A stretch of DNA of 63,637 bases, filler included, from Octopus bimaculoides (Eukaryota): assembly GCF_001194135.2 (NCBI RefSeq). It is 6 parts of 6 records of this genome, joined end to end, with 100 filler letters (N's around TTAATTAATTAA, not from the genome) between each part and the next. Parts side by side here need not be neighbours in the genome. Positions count along the whole stretch, not along the records: positions 42,569 to 55,188 come from NC_068994.1; positions 55,289 to 62,418 come from NC_068992.1; positions 62,519 to 63,637 come from NC_069006.1; 3 more parts are not named here. One strand, written 5' to 3'. Both the position numbers and the translations under genes were made by a program. The notes beneath the pieces are model-generated. The model had not been told where the DNA came from, made no database searches, and saw nothing but the letters and a program-made list of their open reading frames with translations. Shown here piece after piece: positions 52,986-63,637 of the stretch (its first letter is position 1; the number at the start of each line of letters is the position of its first letter).

Positions 52986-53283
52986 TATATGTGTACATAT
53001 ATAAACATATATATATTTATATATATGTATAAATACACATATGTACATATACATATATGTATATAAATCTATATACATATGTATATACATGAATACACAC
53101 TCACACACATATATGGATAGATAGATATTAATATTTGTGCGCGTGTGTGTGTGTACTATGTATATATATATATATTATTTAGATATATTTAAGTCTAGAC
53201 CATGGAGCAAGACGCTTGCTCATACGAATACATACATTCATATTCATACTTAAATATATGCATTTGTTTATATACAGATGTGC

Positions 53284-53333
<50 letters not shown>

Positions 53334-54022
53334 NNNNNNNNNNNNNNNNNNNNNNNNNNNNNNNNNNNNNNNNNNNNNNNNNNNNNNNNNNNNNNNNNNN
53401 NNNNNNNNNNNNNNNNNNNNNNNNNNNNNNNNNNNNNNNNNNNNNNNNNNNNNNNNNNNNNNNNNNNNNNNNNNNNNNNNNNNNNNNNNNNNNNNNNNNN
53501 NNNNNNNNNNNNNNNNNNNNNNNNNNNNNNNNNNNNNNNNNNNNNNNNNNNNNNNNNNNNNNNNNNNNNNNNNNNNNNNNNNNNNNNNNNNNNNNNNNNN
53601 NNNNNNNNNNNNNNNNNNNNNNNNNNNNNNNNNNNNNNNNNNNNNNNNNNNNNNNNNNNNNNNNNNNNNNNNNNNNNNNNNNNNNNNNNNNNNNNNNNNN
53701 NNNNNNNNNNNNNNNNNNNNNNNNNNNNNNNNNNNNNNNNNNNNNNNNNNNNNNNNNNNNNNNNNNNNNNNNNNNNNNNNNNNNNNNNNNNNNNNNNNNN
53801 NNNNNNNNNNNNNNNNNNNNNNNNNNNNNNNNNNNNNNNNNNNNNNNNNNNNNNNNNNNNNNNNNNNNNNNNNNNNNNNNNNNNNNNNNNNNNNNNNNNN
53901 NNNNNNNNNNNNNNNNNNNNNNNNNNNNNNNNNNNNNNNNNNNNNNNNNNNNNNNNNNNNNNNNNNNNNNNNNNNNNNNNNNNNNNNNNNNNNNNNNNNN
54001 NNNNNNNNNNNNNNNNNNNNNN

Positions 54023-54183
54023 ATGCGCTGTTTATCTTGATGTGAGATCACCATGTCGCGTACACATGGTTGTGATGCATGTGCCTGGTGTACCCTTATC
54101 AGACGGGTAGTCATGATGGGTATAATGGGCTTCGTATATTTTACCCCAGTGTTACTTTGATGGCATGCCCTGCTCTCTCACTC
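54023..54183 (+). repeat. Unclassified (AAT)n-tailed repeat, 3' part (copy 2)
   Basis: Reverse complement of 7219-7380. It ends ctctctcactc followed by (AAT)n to ~54240. Confidence 0.85.
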
Positions 54184-54228
<45 letters not shown>

Positions 54229-54407
54229 TATAATAATAACGAAGGCGTTAAAAGGCATCACTTCGCAAGAGTTCCAGGACTGCTTCTGGACCGATGCATT
54301 GCTTCAAATGGAAAATACTTTGCAGGCGATAAAAGTATAAACATGTAAGACTAAGTGAATATAGTATTACAAAATTCCGTTTTCTTTTGGGTACCCGCTT
54401 GTATACA

Positions 54408-54461
<54 letters not shown>

Positions 54462-54857
54462 GCTACGTATATACATGCAAACATTTATATTTACCCATCT
54501 ATCTCTCATTTACCTATCTATCTCACCCTCATCGCTCCCTCCTTCCCGTCCTCCCTCCCTCCGTCTCTCTGTGTCTCTCTCCATCTCTCTCTCTCTTTAT
54601 ATGTGACCATTTGATACCGTATTCTGCTTCGTTCAGCCTATTGTTCTCGTGTGCACCTTTAATGACGTTATTGATAAAAAATGCCATTAATGTACCCATA
54701 ATCAGCATTATCGTTTACCTTATCAAACAAGCATCACCGGCTCGATGCATTATTACTACATGCGAGATCAGTAAATTAGTGCTAATTTCCCCTCGCCAAT
54801 GAAGCGAGTGCAACCATATCTAGTCACTCACACTTTCACACTCAGTCACACGGAGGA

Positions 54858-54897
<40 letters not shown>

Positions 54898-55147
54898 TCA
54901 CGCGAAGGGAGAGCTATGATCAATCGATAGATGGTGTCTCGTTAGAGCGGTATAAAAAGCAGACATATACACACATATATAAACCAGATATAACAAAGAT
55001 AATAAACACGAGATGGATGATTCAACGATGTCACGGTGATACTTTTGTCTTTGTTAGTTTAAGCCTTTCTCTTTAGCGGTTTGACGCAAAGTATTGTCGG
55101 TCTTAATTGTTGGGTGTATGCATATATATATACGTGTGTAAGTGTTC

Positions 55148-55188
<41 letters not shown>

Positions 55189-55436
55189 NNNNNNNNNNNN
55201 NNNNNNNNNNNNNNNNNNNNNNNNNNNNNNNNTTAATTAATTAANNNNNNNNNNNNNNNNNNNNNNNNNNNNNNNNNNNNNNNNNNNNGTTGCTAATTTC
55301 TTTGTTCATTTATCTTACCACATGTGTTGTATAAATATGACATGGTTTTAGCGTCCGTTTTGACTGCTATTTCTGGCATGGTGGTGCCTCTTCGGTACCC
55401 TTAATTATACTTATATACGTATAAAATTATAATTAA

Positions 55437-55790
55437 GGAGAAGTGCTTGCGTGGCAAGTAGCTTGCTTAACCACATGGTTCCGGGTTCAGTCCCACTGCG
55501 TGACACCTTTGGCAAATGTCTTCTACTATAGCCTCGGGTCGACCAAAGCCTTGTGAGTGGATTTGGTGGACGGAAACTGAAAGAATCCCATCGTATATAT
55601 GTATATATATATATGTATGTGTGTGTATGCTTGTGATGTGTTTACGTCCCCGTAACTTAGCGGTTCGGTCAAAGATGCCGATAGACTAAGTACTAGTCTT
55701 ACAAGGAATAAACCTGGGGTCGATTTGCTCGACTAAAGGCGGTGTTCCTGCATGGCCGCAGTCAAATGACTGAAACAAGTAAAAAAGAAA
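55437..55790 (+). mobile_element. SINE family B, near full length
   Basis: Same head, body and tail as 39346-39711. Confidence 0.9.
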
Positions 55791-56194
55791 AGGTATATAT
55801 ATATATATATATATATACATGATGAGCTTCTTTCAAAATCTACCATATTTACTCGCAAGGATTTGTTCAGCCAGAGGCTGTCGTAAAGGACACTTGCTCA
55901 CGGTGCCGTGCAGTGGGATTGAACCCGGACCCATGTGGTTAGGAAGCAAGCTTCTTACCACACAGCTACATACGCTCACACGCACGACCACATGCAGAGC
56001 AAATAGAATCATGAAGCCACCCTTCTTTCTCCTATTCACTAAAACTGGAAACAACTGACAGTGTCTATATATACATATTGATTGGATTAACTGACTGATA
56101 TTGATTAAACAACACCTACACCATGCAGCTAAACTGCACTGGAGAAGTCAATGTTTTAATAAAGCTGTTATTTTTAGGCGTACAGATTGTCGAA

Positions 56195-56266
56195 GGCCCT
56201 GTGGCGCAACGGTAGCGCGTCTGACTCCAGATCAGAAGGCTGCGTGTTCGAATCACGTCGGGGTCA
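56195..56266 (+). tRNA. tRNA-Trp: tRNA-Trp (CCA)
   Basis: GGCCCTGTGGCGCAACGGTAGCGCGTCTGACTCCAGATCAGAAGGCTGCGTGTTCGAATCACGTCGGGGTCA is 72 nt and forms a complete cloverleaf. Anticodon CCA is at 56227-56229, A/B boxes are intact, and a T5 terminator lies at 56272-56276. Confidence 0.93.
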
Positions 56267-56547
56267 AAACATTTTTATTATTTTATATAAATTGAAAGTT
56301 CATGTATATTCACGTTATGTTCTTTTTTTCTTTTTTACTTATTTCAATCATTGGACCGCGGTCATGCTGGGGCACTGCCTTCAACAGTTTAGTCGACGCA
56401 TGAGCAGTCTTTTACGAAAAGTGGATCACATGTGACATGGTTCATCATCAAATGGGTTTCATTACTAAAAGGTNNNNNNNNNNCGAGCCACTCTTTCTTC
56501 GTTATTGGTTTAGTCGAACAAAGAGAGCTCTTTTTATTCTTTCACCA

Positions 56548-56933
56548 TTTTACTTGTTTTAGGCATTTGACTGCGGCCATGCTAGAGCACTGCCTTTAGT
56601 CGAGCAAATCGACCCCAGGACTTATTCTTTGTAAGCTTAGTACTTATTCTATCGGTCGCTTTGGCCGAACCGCTAAGTGACGGGGATATAAACACACCAG
56701 CATCGGTTATCAAGCGATGTTGGGGGGACAAACACAGACACACAAACATATACACACACATACATATATACGACGGGCTTCTTTCAGTTTCCGTCTACCA
56801 AATCCACTCACAAGGCTTTGGTCGACCCGAGGCTATAGTAGAAGACACATGCCCAAGGTGCCACGCAGTGGGACTGAACCCAGAACCATGTGGTTGGTAA
56901 GCAAGCTACTTACCACACAACCACTCCTGCGCC
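56548..56933 (-). mobile_element. SINE family B, full length
   Basis: Reverse complement of the family B consensus seen at 39346 and 55437. Confidence 0.9.
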
Positions 56934-57663
56934 TATAGCTACTTACCACACAGCCACTCCTCGGTACTTGTTTTACAAAATAAAATTTTTTTTAAAAACT
57001 TACGTTTCAGCTTATTTAATCGGTGTCATTTGCCAAACCGCTAAGTTACAGGAACGTAAAGAAGTCAACACCGGTTATCAAGCAGTGGAGCAGAGACGTT
57101 TGTTCGCTTTTTGTTGTTTGTTTTGTGTTGTTTTTGTTGGGGGGGGGGTTTCTTTTGTTGTTGTTCTTTTGTGTTTTTGTGCTTCTTTTTTTTATGTGAC
57201 AAAGAAACAATTTTCGCGGTAGAAGATCGAAACACACACACAGAAGCACAGACACTCATATTACTGTTCTTTATTTTGATCTGCTGTCTCCTTCAAATCG
57301 CACTTTAAAAGTGTGATATAGTTCTACACACTACATACATCTCTTATCTTATATATCTGTTGCAGTCATTCGACTGCGGCCTTGCTGGAGCATCGCCTTG
57401 AAGAATATAGTCGAAGAAATCGTGCTCAGTACTTACTTTTTAAGCCGGGTACTTATTTTATCTTCTCTCTTTGCCGAGCCGCTAGGTTACGGGAGACGTA
57501 AACAAACCAACAACGGTCGTCAAACGGTGATAAGAAGAAACACAAACACAAGATATGGTTGTTATTTCCCAACCTCGACTGTGCAGATCCCCATGAGTCC
57601 CTGAGCCGCGTACTAACTTTTAAAACAAAATGTTGCGTAAAACGTTTCTTCTTTTATGTTTTA

Positions 57664-58055
57664 CTTGCTTCAGTCATTGGACTACGACCGTGCTGGAGCG
57701 CTGCCTTGAATGGTTTACTTAAACAAATCTACCACAGTACTATTTTTTTATGCTTGGTACTTATTCTGTCGGTCTATCTTGCGCAATTGCTATGTGACGA
57801 CAACATAAACAAAAGAACACCGGTTATCAAGGGGTGATGGACACAAACACAGGCACAAGAGGCACACACATAGTTATAAATACACCTATATACACGATGG
57901 GTTTCTATCAGTTTCTGTCTACCAAACCCACAAACAAGGGTTTGGTTGGGCTGGTCTATAACAGAAGACGCTGCCCAAGTTGCGCATAGTGGGACTGAAC
58001 CCATGACCACAGGGTTGGAAAACAAGCTTCTTACCCACACAGTCACGCCTGTGTC
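57664..58055 (-). mobile_element. SINE family B, older diverged copy
   Basis: Same architecture as the other family B copies, with more substitutions. Confidence 0.8.
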
Positions 58056-58199
58056 AATAGTCATGTCGGCACCTATAACTGGCTGTTACCAGCCACTTCA
58101 AGTATAATTCCTATGTCCTCCTCACAAAAACGTGGTTGTAGTCAGCTCTTCATCCAGCGATACAAAGACAGAATTAAACCACTAAGTGTGAGAGTTCTC

Positions 58200-58810
58200 G
58201 CTTCCAATCATTTGCTTTTTCTCACAAACAAAGACCCTCGGCATTTTCTTTTGCTACAGCATCAATACTTTCCGCCATTATGTAGCTGTTCACCGTACAT
58301 AAAACAGTTTGTTCACTGAAATAATAAACAAGGCCAGCAGCTCTTGCTAGATTCCTTGGTCCGTCTGGCAGTCGAGACATATATCGAAACACCGGTGTCA
58401 TAGAATCTTATGATCATAAATCATAGTTATACAGACATAGTCGTCGTAAAGGAGAAGCTGTTCTCCTGTGATGAGCACAACAGCGATTAGAATATTTGCG
58501 TTGCAGTCTGCCAGAATGAGTAAAGAATAAACAAGCAGGTCGTCGTTTCTGATCTCGCTGTTAACCGTGCATATAACGATTCATTATAACATTATTAACT
58601 ACTCAGCCATTAACACAAGCACTAAAGAACTAATGGGCCATTTACACCAACATACAAGCTCTACTCAATAACCGCATCACATTAACTAATAGCATTCCAT
58701 CACACATAAAAATCATATATAAAAGTTAAATACTCCAAAGTAATGGAAGACTTCGAAAGGAATATCAAAGAAAAACGATACATAGAGCTACTCGTGGAAA
58801 AACCCAGAGG
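58200..58810 (+). mobile_element. Decayed Penelope-like fragment(s)
   Basis: FERNIKEKRYIELL resembles the last helix of a PLE GIY-YIG domain. A GAAACACCGGTGTC motif is shared with 38894-38907. Confidence 0.35.
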
Positions 58811-59009
58811 TAGCCAGAGGGCGAGACAGCTGTCCCTCCTAGAAATAAGACGAGTGATCCTTTTCTCACTTTCCTCTTCTCTTATCAAACTTGACTGCAC
58901 TCAGAATAGGAAGTGTGACTGCATTTGACCTAGAATCACCTTTGAAGCAGGGTCACCAGCTCAACGACCTCAGGTCACTAGATATATAGATGTGGTAGCC
59001 ATCAGTGAG

Positions 59010-59510
59010 ATCAGAGTGACACTGGGGTAAAATATACGAAGCCCAGTATACCACTCATGACTACCCATCTGATGAGGGTATACCAGGCACATGCATCACA
59101 ACCATATGTGCGCGACATGGTGATTTCATATCAAGATAAACAGCGCATGACCTCGCAGGTGAGGCCCAGTTAGAATTTTCTTCAGGTCGAGTAGCCCATT
59201 CCACTCAAAAGGTCCCTGAATAAGGTTTGTTTAAGGACGCTGAGCAAAACACCCATGTTTCCAAAGGTGAATTATTCAAACCCCAAAGAATTCCTCTCAA
59301 CACATGACTATGATGCTCCCCCACTACTTCTGCTCATGATCAGAGATGCACACATATCGTCAGCCACCAAGGGACATGCTCAACTGGTTAAGGTCAAACA
59401 ACTAACAAGCAAATCTGTGGTATTAAGCAGAATATTTGCTGTAGCCCATTTTTTATACCAAAACAAAACAATGTACATGATAACACTTCGAATCAGTTAA
59501 GATCAGAAGC
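59010..59510 (-). repeat. Unclassified (AAT)n-tailed repeat (copy 3)
   Basis: Colinear with 7245-7718, extending further at the right end. Confidence 0.85.
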
Positions 59511-59547
59511 CATGAGAACCGGCAATATCACGACAATATTATTATTA

Positions 59548-59664
59548 GTTTACGGCAATGTCACGTTGAAAACATCGGTTCTCGTCCGATCACTGAAATT
59601 AAGTAACGTCGAGCCTAGTTAGAACTTCGATGGGTGACCGCTTTGGAAACCTAGTTGCTTAAAC
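59548..59664 (+). pseudogene. 5S rRNA pseudogene
   Basis: gtttacggc...ggttctcgtccgatcactgaaattaag...gttagaacttcgatgggtgaccgctttggaa...gcttaaac aligns over the full length of metazoan 5S. It carries substitutions in conserved positions and a short A-rich tail, and is a solitary copy. Confidence 0.88.
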
Positions 59665-60809
59665 GTAAAAAAAGAAATTTTAATTTTTAAAAAAATGTTT
59701 TATGTAAACCTTTGTGATTAATAAAATAATTTATTATTAATCGACTAGTCCCCTCCCCACAAATTTGAGGCCTTCTGCCTCCAGTAGAAAGGATTATCAT
59801 CATCATCATCATCATCATCATCATTATTATTATTATTATTATAGCTGATAGAATCGATTGCACACCGGACGAAATGCTTAAAGGCATTTCGTCCGTCTTT
59901 ACGTTCAGAGTTCAAATGCCGCTGGGGTCGATAAAATAAGCGTCAGTTAAGCACTGAGGTCAATGTAATCCGTTTTCCCCTCCCCTCAAAATCTCTGGCC
60001 TCGTGCCAAAAATTACGACGAATTATTGCTGTTGTTTTTGTTTTTGTTTTTGTACTATTTTGCTTGGCGAAGATGAAATGATATTTAGAAGAGAGAGTGG
60101 ATGAGGGGGTGACCGGATGAGTCGTTCAGTTTTTGTTTTTTTGTTTTGTTTTCTTATTTTAATTGGTTTTGTTTTTGATGTTATTGTTGCAGTTGCTGTT
60201 GCTCTCGTCATGATGATGATGATGATGATGATGATGACGATCGCGATGATGGTGGAGGTGGAACTGGTGGTGGAGGTGGAACTGGTGGTGGTGGAGGAGG
60301 AGGAGTAGGAGGAGGAGGAGGAGGGCACATCGTAGTGCTGGTGCTGGTGGTACTGGTGGCGGTGATAACGACGGTGATGACGATGATTGACGATAATTAT
60401 AATGATCATAATGATGACGGTCATCATCACCATCATCATCATCAAGATTAGGGTTATGATAATGATGACGATGCTGATGTTTTCATTTCCTGTCATCCAT
60501 GGCTGCTTGCTGTATTATTATGAATATTCGTCAATATTAGTACAGGACGCCATCTTATATATTGGCACTTAATGTGTTAGAGAGTTTGTTTGTGTGGGAG
60601 GGAAAGTGTATATGTGTGTGAGTGTATATACACACACACACTTACACACACGCACATACTTATATACACGTACTTGTATACACACATAGACGCACACGCA
60701 CGCATACACGCACGCACATTCATATACATAAAGGCATATATGCATGTGTGTGTGTGTGCGTGCGCGAGCGTGTGTGTGTGTGAACATATCAAGATATCGA
60801 GATAGATGG

Positions 60810-60926
<117 letters not shown>

Positions 60927-61842
60927 NNNNNNNNNNNNNNNNNNNNNNNNNNNNNNNNNNNNNNNNNNNNNNNNNNNNNNNNNNNNNNNNNNNNNNNNNN
61001 NNNNNNNNNNNNNNNNNNNNNNNNNNNNNNNNNNNNNNNNNNNNNNNNNNNNNNNNNNNNNNNNNNNNNNNNNNNNNNNNNNNNNNNNNNNNNNNNNNNN
61101 NNNNNNNNNNNNNNNNNNNNNNNNNNNNNNNNNNNNNNNNNNNNNNNNNNNNNNNNNNNNNNNNNNNNNNNNNNNNNNNNNNNNNNNNNNNNNNNNNNNN
61201 NNNNNNNNNNNNNNNNNNNNNNNNNNNNNNNNNNNNNNNNNNNNNNNNNNNNNNNNNNNNNNNNNNNNNNNNNNNNNNNNNNNNNNNNNNNNNNNNNNNN
61301 NNNNNNNNNNNNNNNNNNNNNNNNNNNNNNNNNNNNNNNNNNNNNNNNNNNNNNNNNNNNNNNNNNNNNNNNNNNNNNTATATATAATGTATATATATAC
61401 GTATATAATGTATGTGTGTATGTGTATTTATATATATATACGCACGTATACATAGATATATATATATACATACATACATACATACATACATACACAAATT
61501 TGTTTACGTTCTCGGTTTATTTTATTATTGATGCATGTATTATGTGTGCGTGGGAGTGCCAAATAACACGTTGGTATGTAGTGATGTGCTTTGTGGAATC
61601 TTGTTAATACTCATGTTTATGTGTATAGGGCTGCATAGCACTGAAACTATTCTTACTGGAGAACGTTGAGCTGACGGTGCAGACGATGGAGATGAAAAGA
61701 CACCTCACGACACACATAGAAGACACGACGTTTCCCCACGCTGCACTCACTTACTTGCTCCACAACGACCCGGTTCTAGTTCTGCAATAAACAGAGTCTA
61801 TTACACAGTGGGATGGGTTTTTACTGGTCTATAATCTGCAGC

Positions 61843-62165
61843 GTGGAGGCGCAATGGCCCAGTGGTTAGGGCAGCGGACTCGCAGTCATAGGATCGCGGT
61901 TTCGATTCTCAGACCGGGCGTTGTGAGTGTTTATTGAGCGAAAACACCTAAAGCTCCACGAGGCCCCGGCAGGGGGCAGTGGCGAAACCTGCTGTACTCT
62001 TTCACCACAAATTTCTCTCACTCTTTCTTCCTGTTTCTGTTGTTGTGCCTGTAATTCAAAGGGTCAGCCTTGTCACACTGTGTCACGCTGAATATCCCCG
62101 AGAACTACGTTAAGGGTACACGTGTCTGTGGAGTGCTCAGCCACATGCACGTTAATTTCACGAGT
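61843..62165 (+). mobile_element. SINE family C copy
   Basis: Near-identical to 44598-44879 and extends further 3'. Confidence 0.9.
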
Positions 62166-62298
62166 ACTGAAGTTATTGACCCCGAAAGGATGAGAGACAA
62201 AGCTGACCTCGGTAAAATTTGAACTCAGAACGTAGCGACAGACGAAATACCGCAAAGAATTTGGTCTGCTGTGCTGACGATTCCCTCAGCTCACCCCC

Positions 62299-62418
<120 letters not shown>

Positions 62419-63637
62419 NNNNNNNNNNNNNNNNNNNNNNNNNNNNNNNNNNNNNNNNNNNNTTAATTAATTAANNNNNNNNNNNNNNNNNNNNNNNNNN
62501 NNNNNNNNNNNNNNNNNNTATAATATATATACACACACACACACATATATACGACGGGCTTCTTTCAGTTTCCGTCTACCAAATCCACTCACAAGGCTTT
62601 TGTCAGCCTGAGGCTATAGTAGAAGACACTTGCCCAAGGTGCCACGCAGTGGGACACGGACATATACATACATATTCCCATATTCAGAATAGCGAGGGTG
62701 GACAGCCTCAGCTCGTGAATGTGTGATAATGTGTTGAAAGTTCTCAAAACGGCGAAAAGCGCTTACACAACTTCCTTCCATCAGGCCTGCATGTTTTATA
62801 AGTTGATAAAATCTTAAGCGCGCATGCGCTCCTTCTTCACGTGGACGACGCCAAAGAATCAATGAAAGGGGAAAGAAAGGGAGTAAACAGTGGTTATTAA
62901 CACTGGGTAAAGACAAATATACATAATAACGTTATATCTAAAGTAATGTAATGCATTAAATGAATAACCAAAACATAGAGAGAAACCTAAACAAACTAAT
63001 AGTATTCGAAAAACGAACGGATAAATAAATACTGAACTCTAGAACTAAGCCATCTTCTGTGAAGAACTAATTTCTTCTGTCTATCCTTCTCTATTCTAAC
63101 TTTGATGTGGTCAAACCTGTTTCGAATGTTTGAATTGCACGGACAAGTTGTGAGCTAATATTTGTTGCCTCCGTAGTTTGAAAATAGTATTAGCTTCTGA
63201 CGAGTTGTTTGAATTTGGCGAAAGCATAGATTTTTTTTCTCTCTAAAACAGATATATCTATTTTAAATAGTTATTCGCTTTATAACTATTCTTTTCATAT
63301 ATACATATCACATACATACGTATATACATACATGTACTTACATAGACATGCACGCATACACATATGAGCTAACATTGATGCTGATTACTGTATTTGACAA
63401 GTAACCTGGTTTATTTTCTCCTTTTCATGTTACCATGGATGGATGTGTGTGTGTGTGTGTGTACATTTATTGATTTGCTTACCGTTTTATATAATTAACT
63501 AATAGGGAACTTATCAAGCAATTAATTGATTATCAATTAAATTAGAATCTTCGTCAAACGGCTTCTCAGTCAATGAACGAACTATTTCATTTAATGGATC
63601 AATAATATAAACACATATATATATATATATATATATA

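Noticed and set aside
59080-59110. CTGATGAG in the unclassified repeat as a hammerhead core
   Set aside because: No downstream GAAA or stem III, and the other two copies read CTGATAAG.

Overview
Repeat-saturated, gap-rich eukaryotic DNA. The SINE families, microsatellite load and AT content suggest an octopus (cephalopod) draft assembly; this is an inference. The only host protein gene I can support is the 5' part of an SLC22 (organic cation/anion transporter) gene on the minus strand. Three coding exons (36973-36831, 24468-24246, 21484-21381) splice in frame with canonical GT-AG sites; I did not find exon 4 onward in the remaining 21 kb. The window also holds a tRNA-Trp(CCA) at 56195-56266 and a decayed 5S rRNA copy at 59548-59664. 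Mobile-element remnants dominate the rest: mariners, Tc1, a Helitron, HERO, Tx1, RTE, R4/Dong, Penelope-like elements, several tRNA-derived SINE families, and foldback/MITE elements. The best leads are: (i) two R4/Dong-type retrotransposon copies that sit in and end with (TACA)n, alongside separate copies tied to (TAA)n; (ii) minimal hammerhead-ribozyme-like motifs with non-canonical cores in Penelope-type repeats; (iii) an unclassified ~500-bp (AAT)n-tailed element in three copies; (iv) a candidate 27-nt micro-exon and upstream non-coding exons. Most ORFs in the supplied track are microsatellite or N-gap artefacts. All calls were made by eye; no searches were run and repeat boundaries are approximate.
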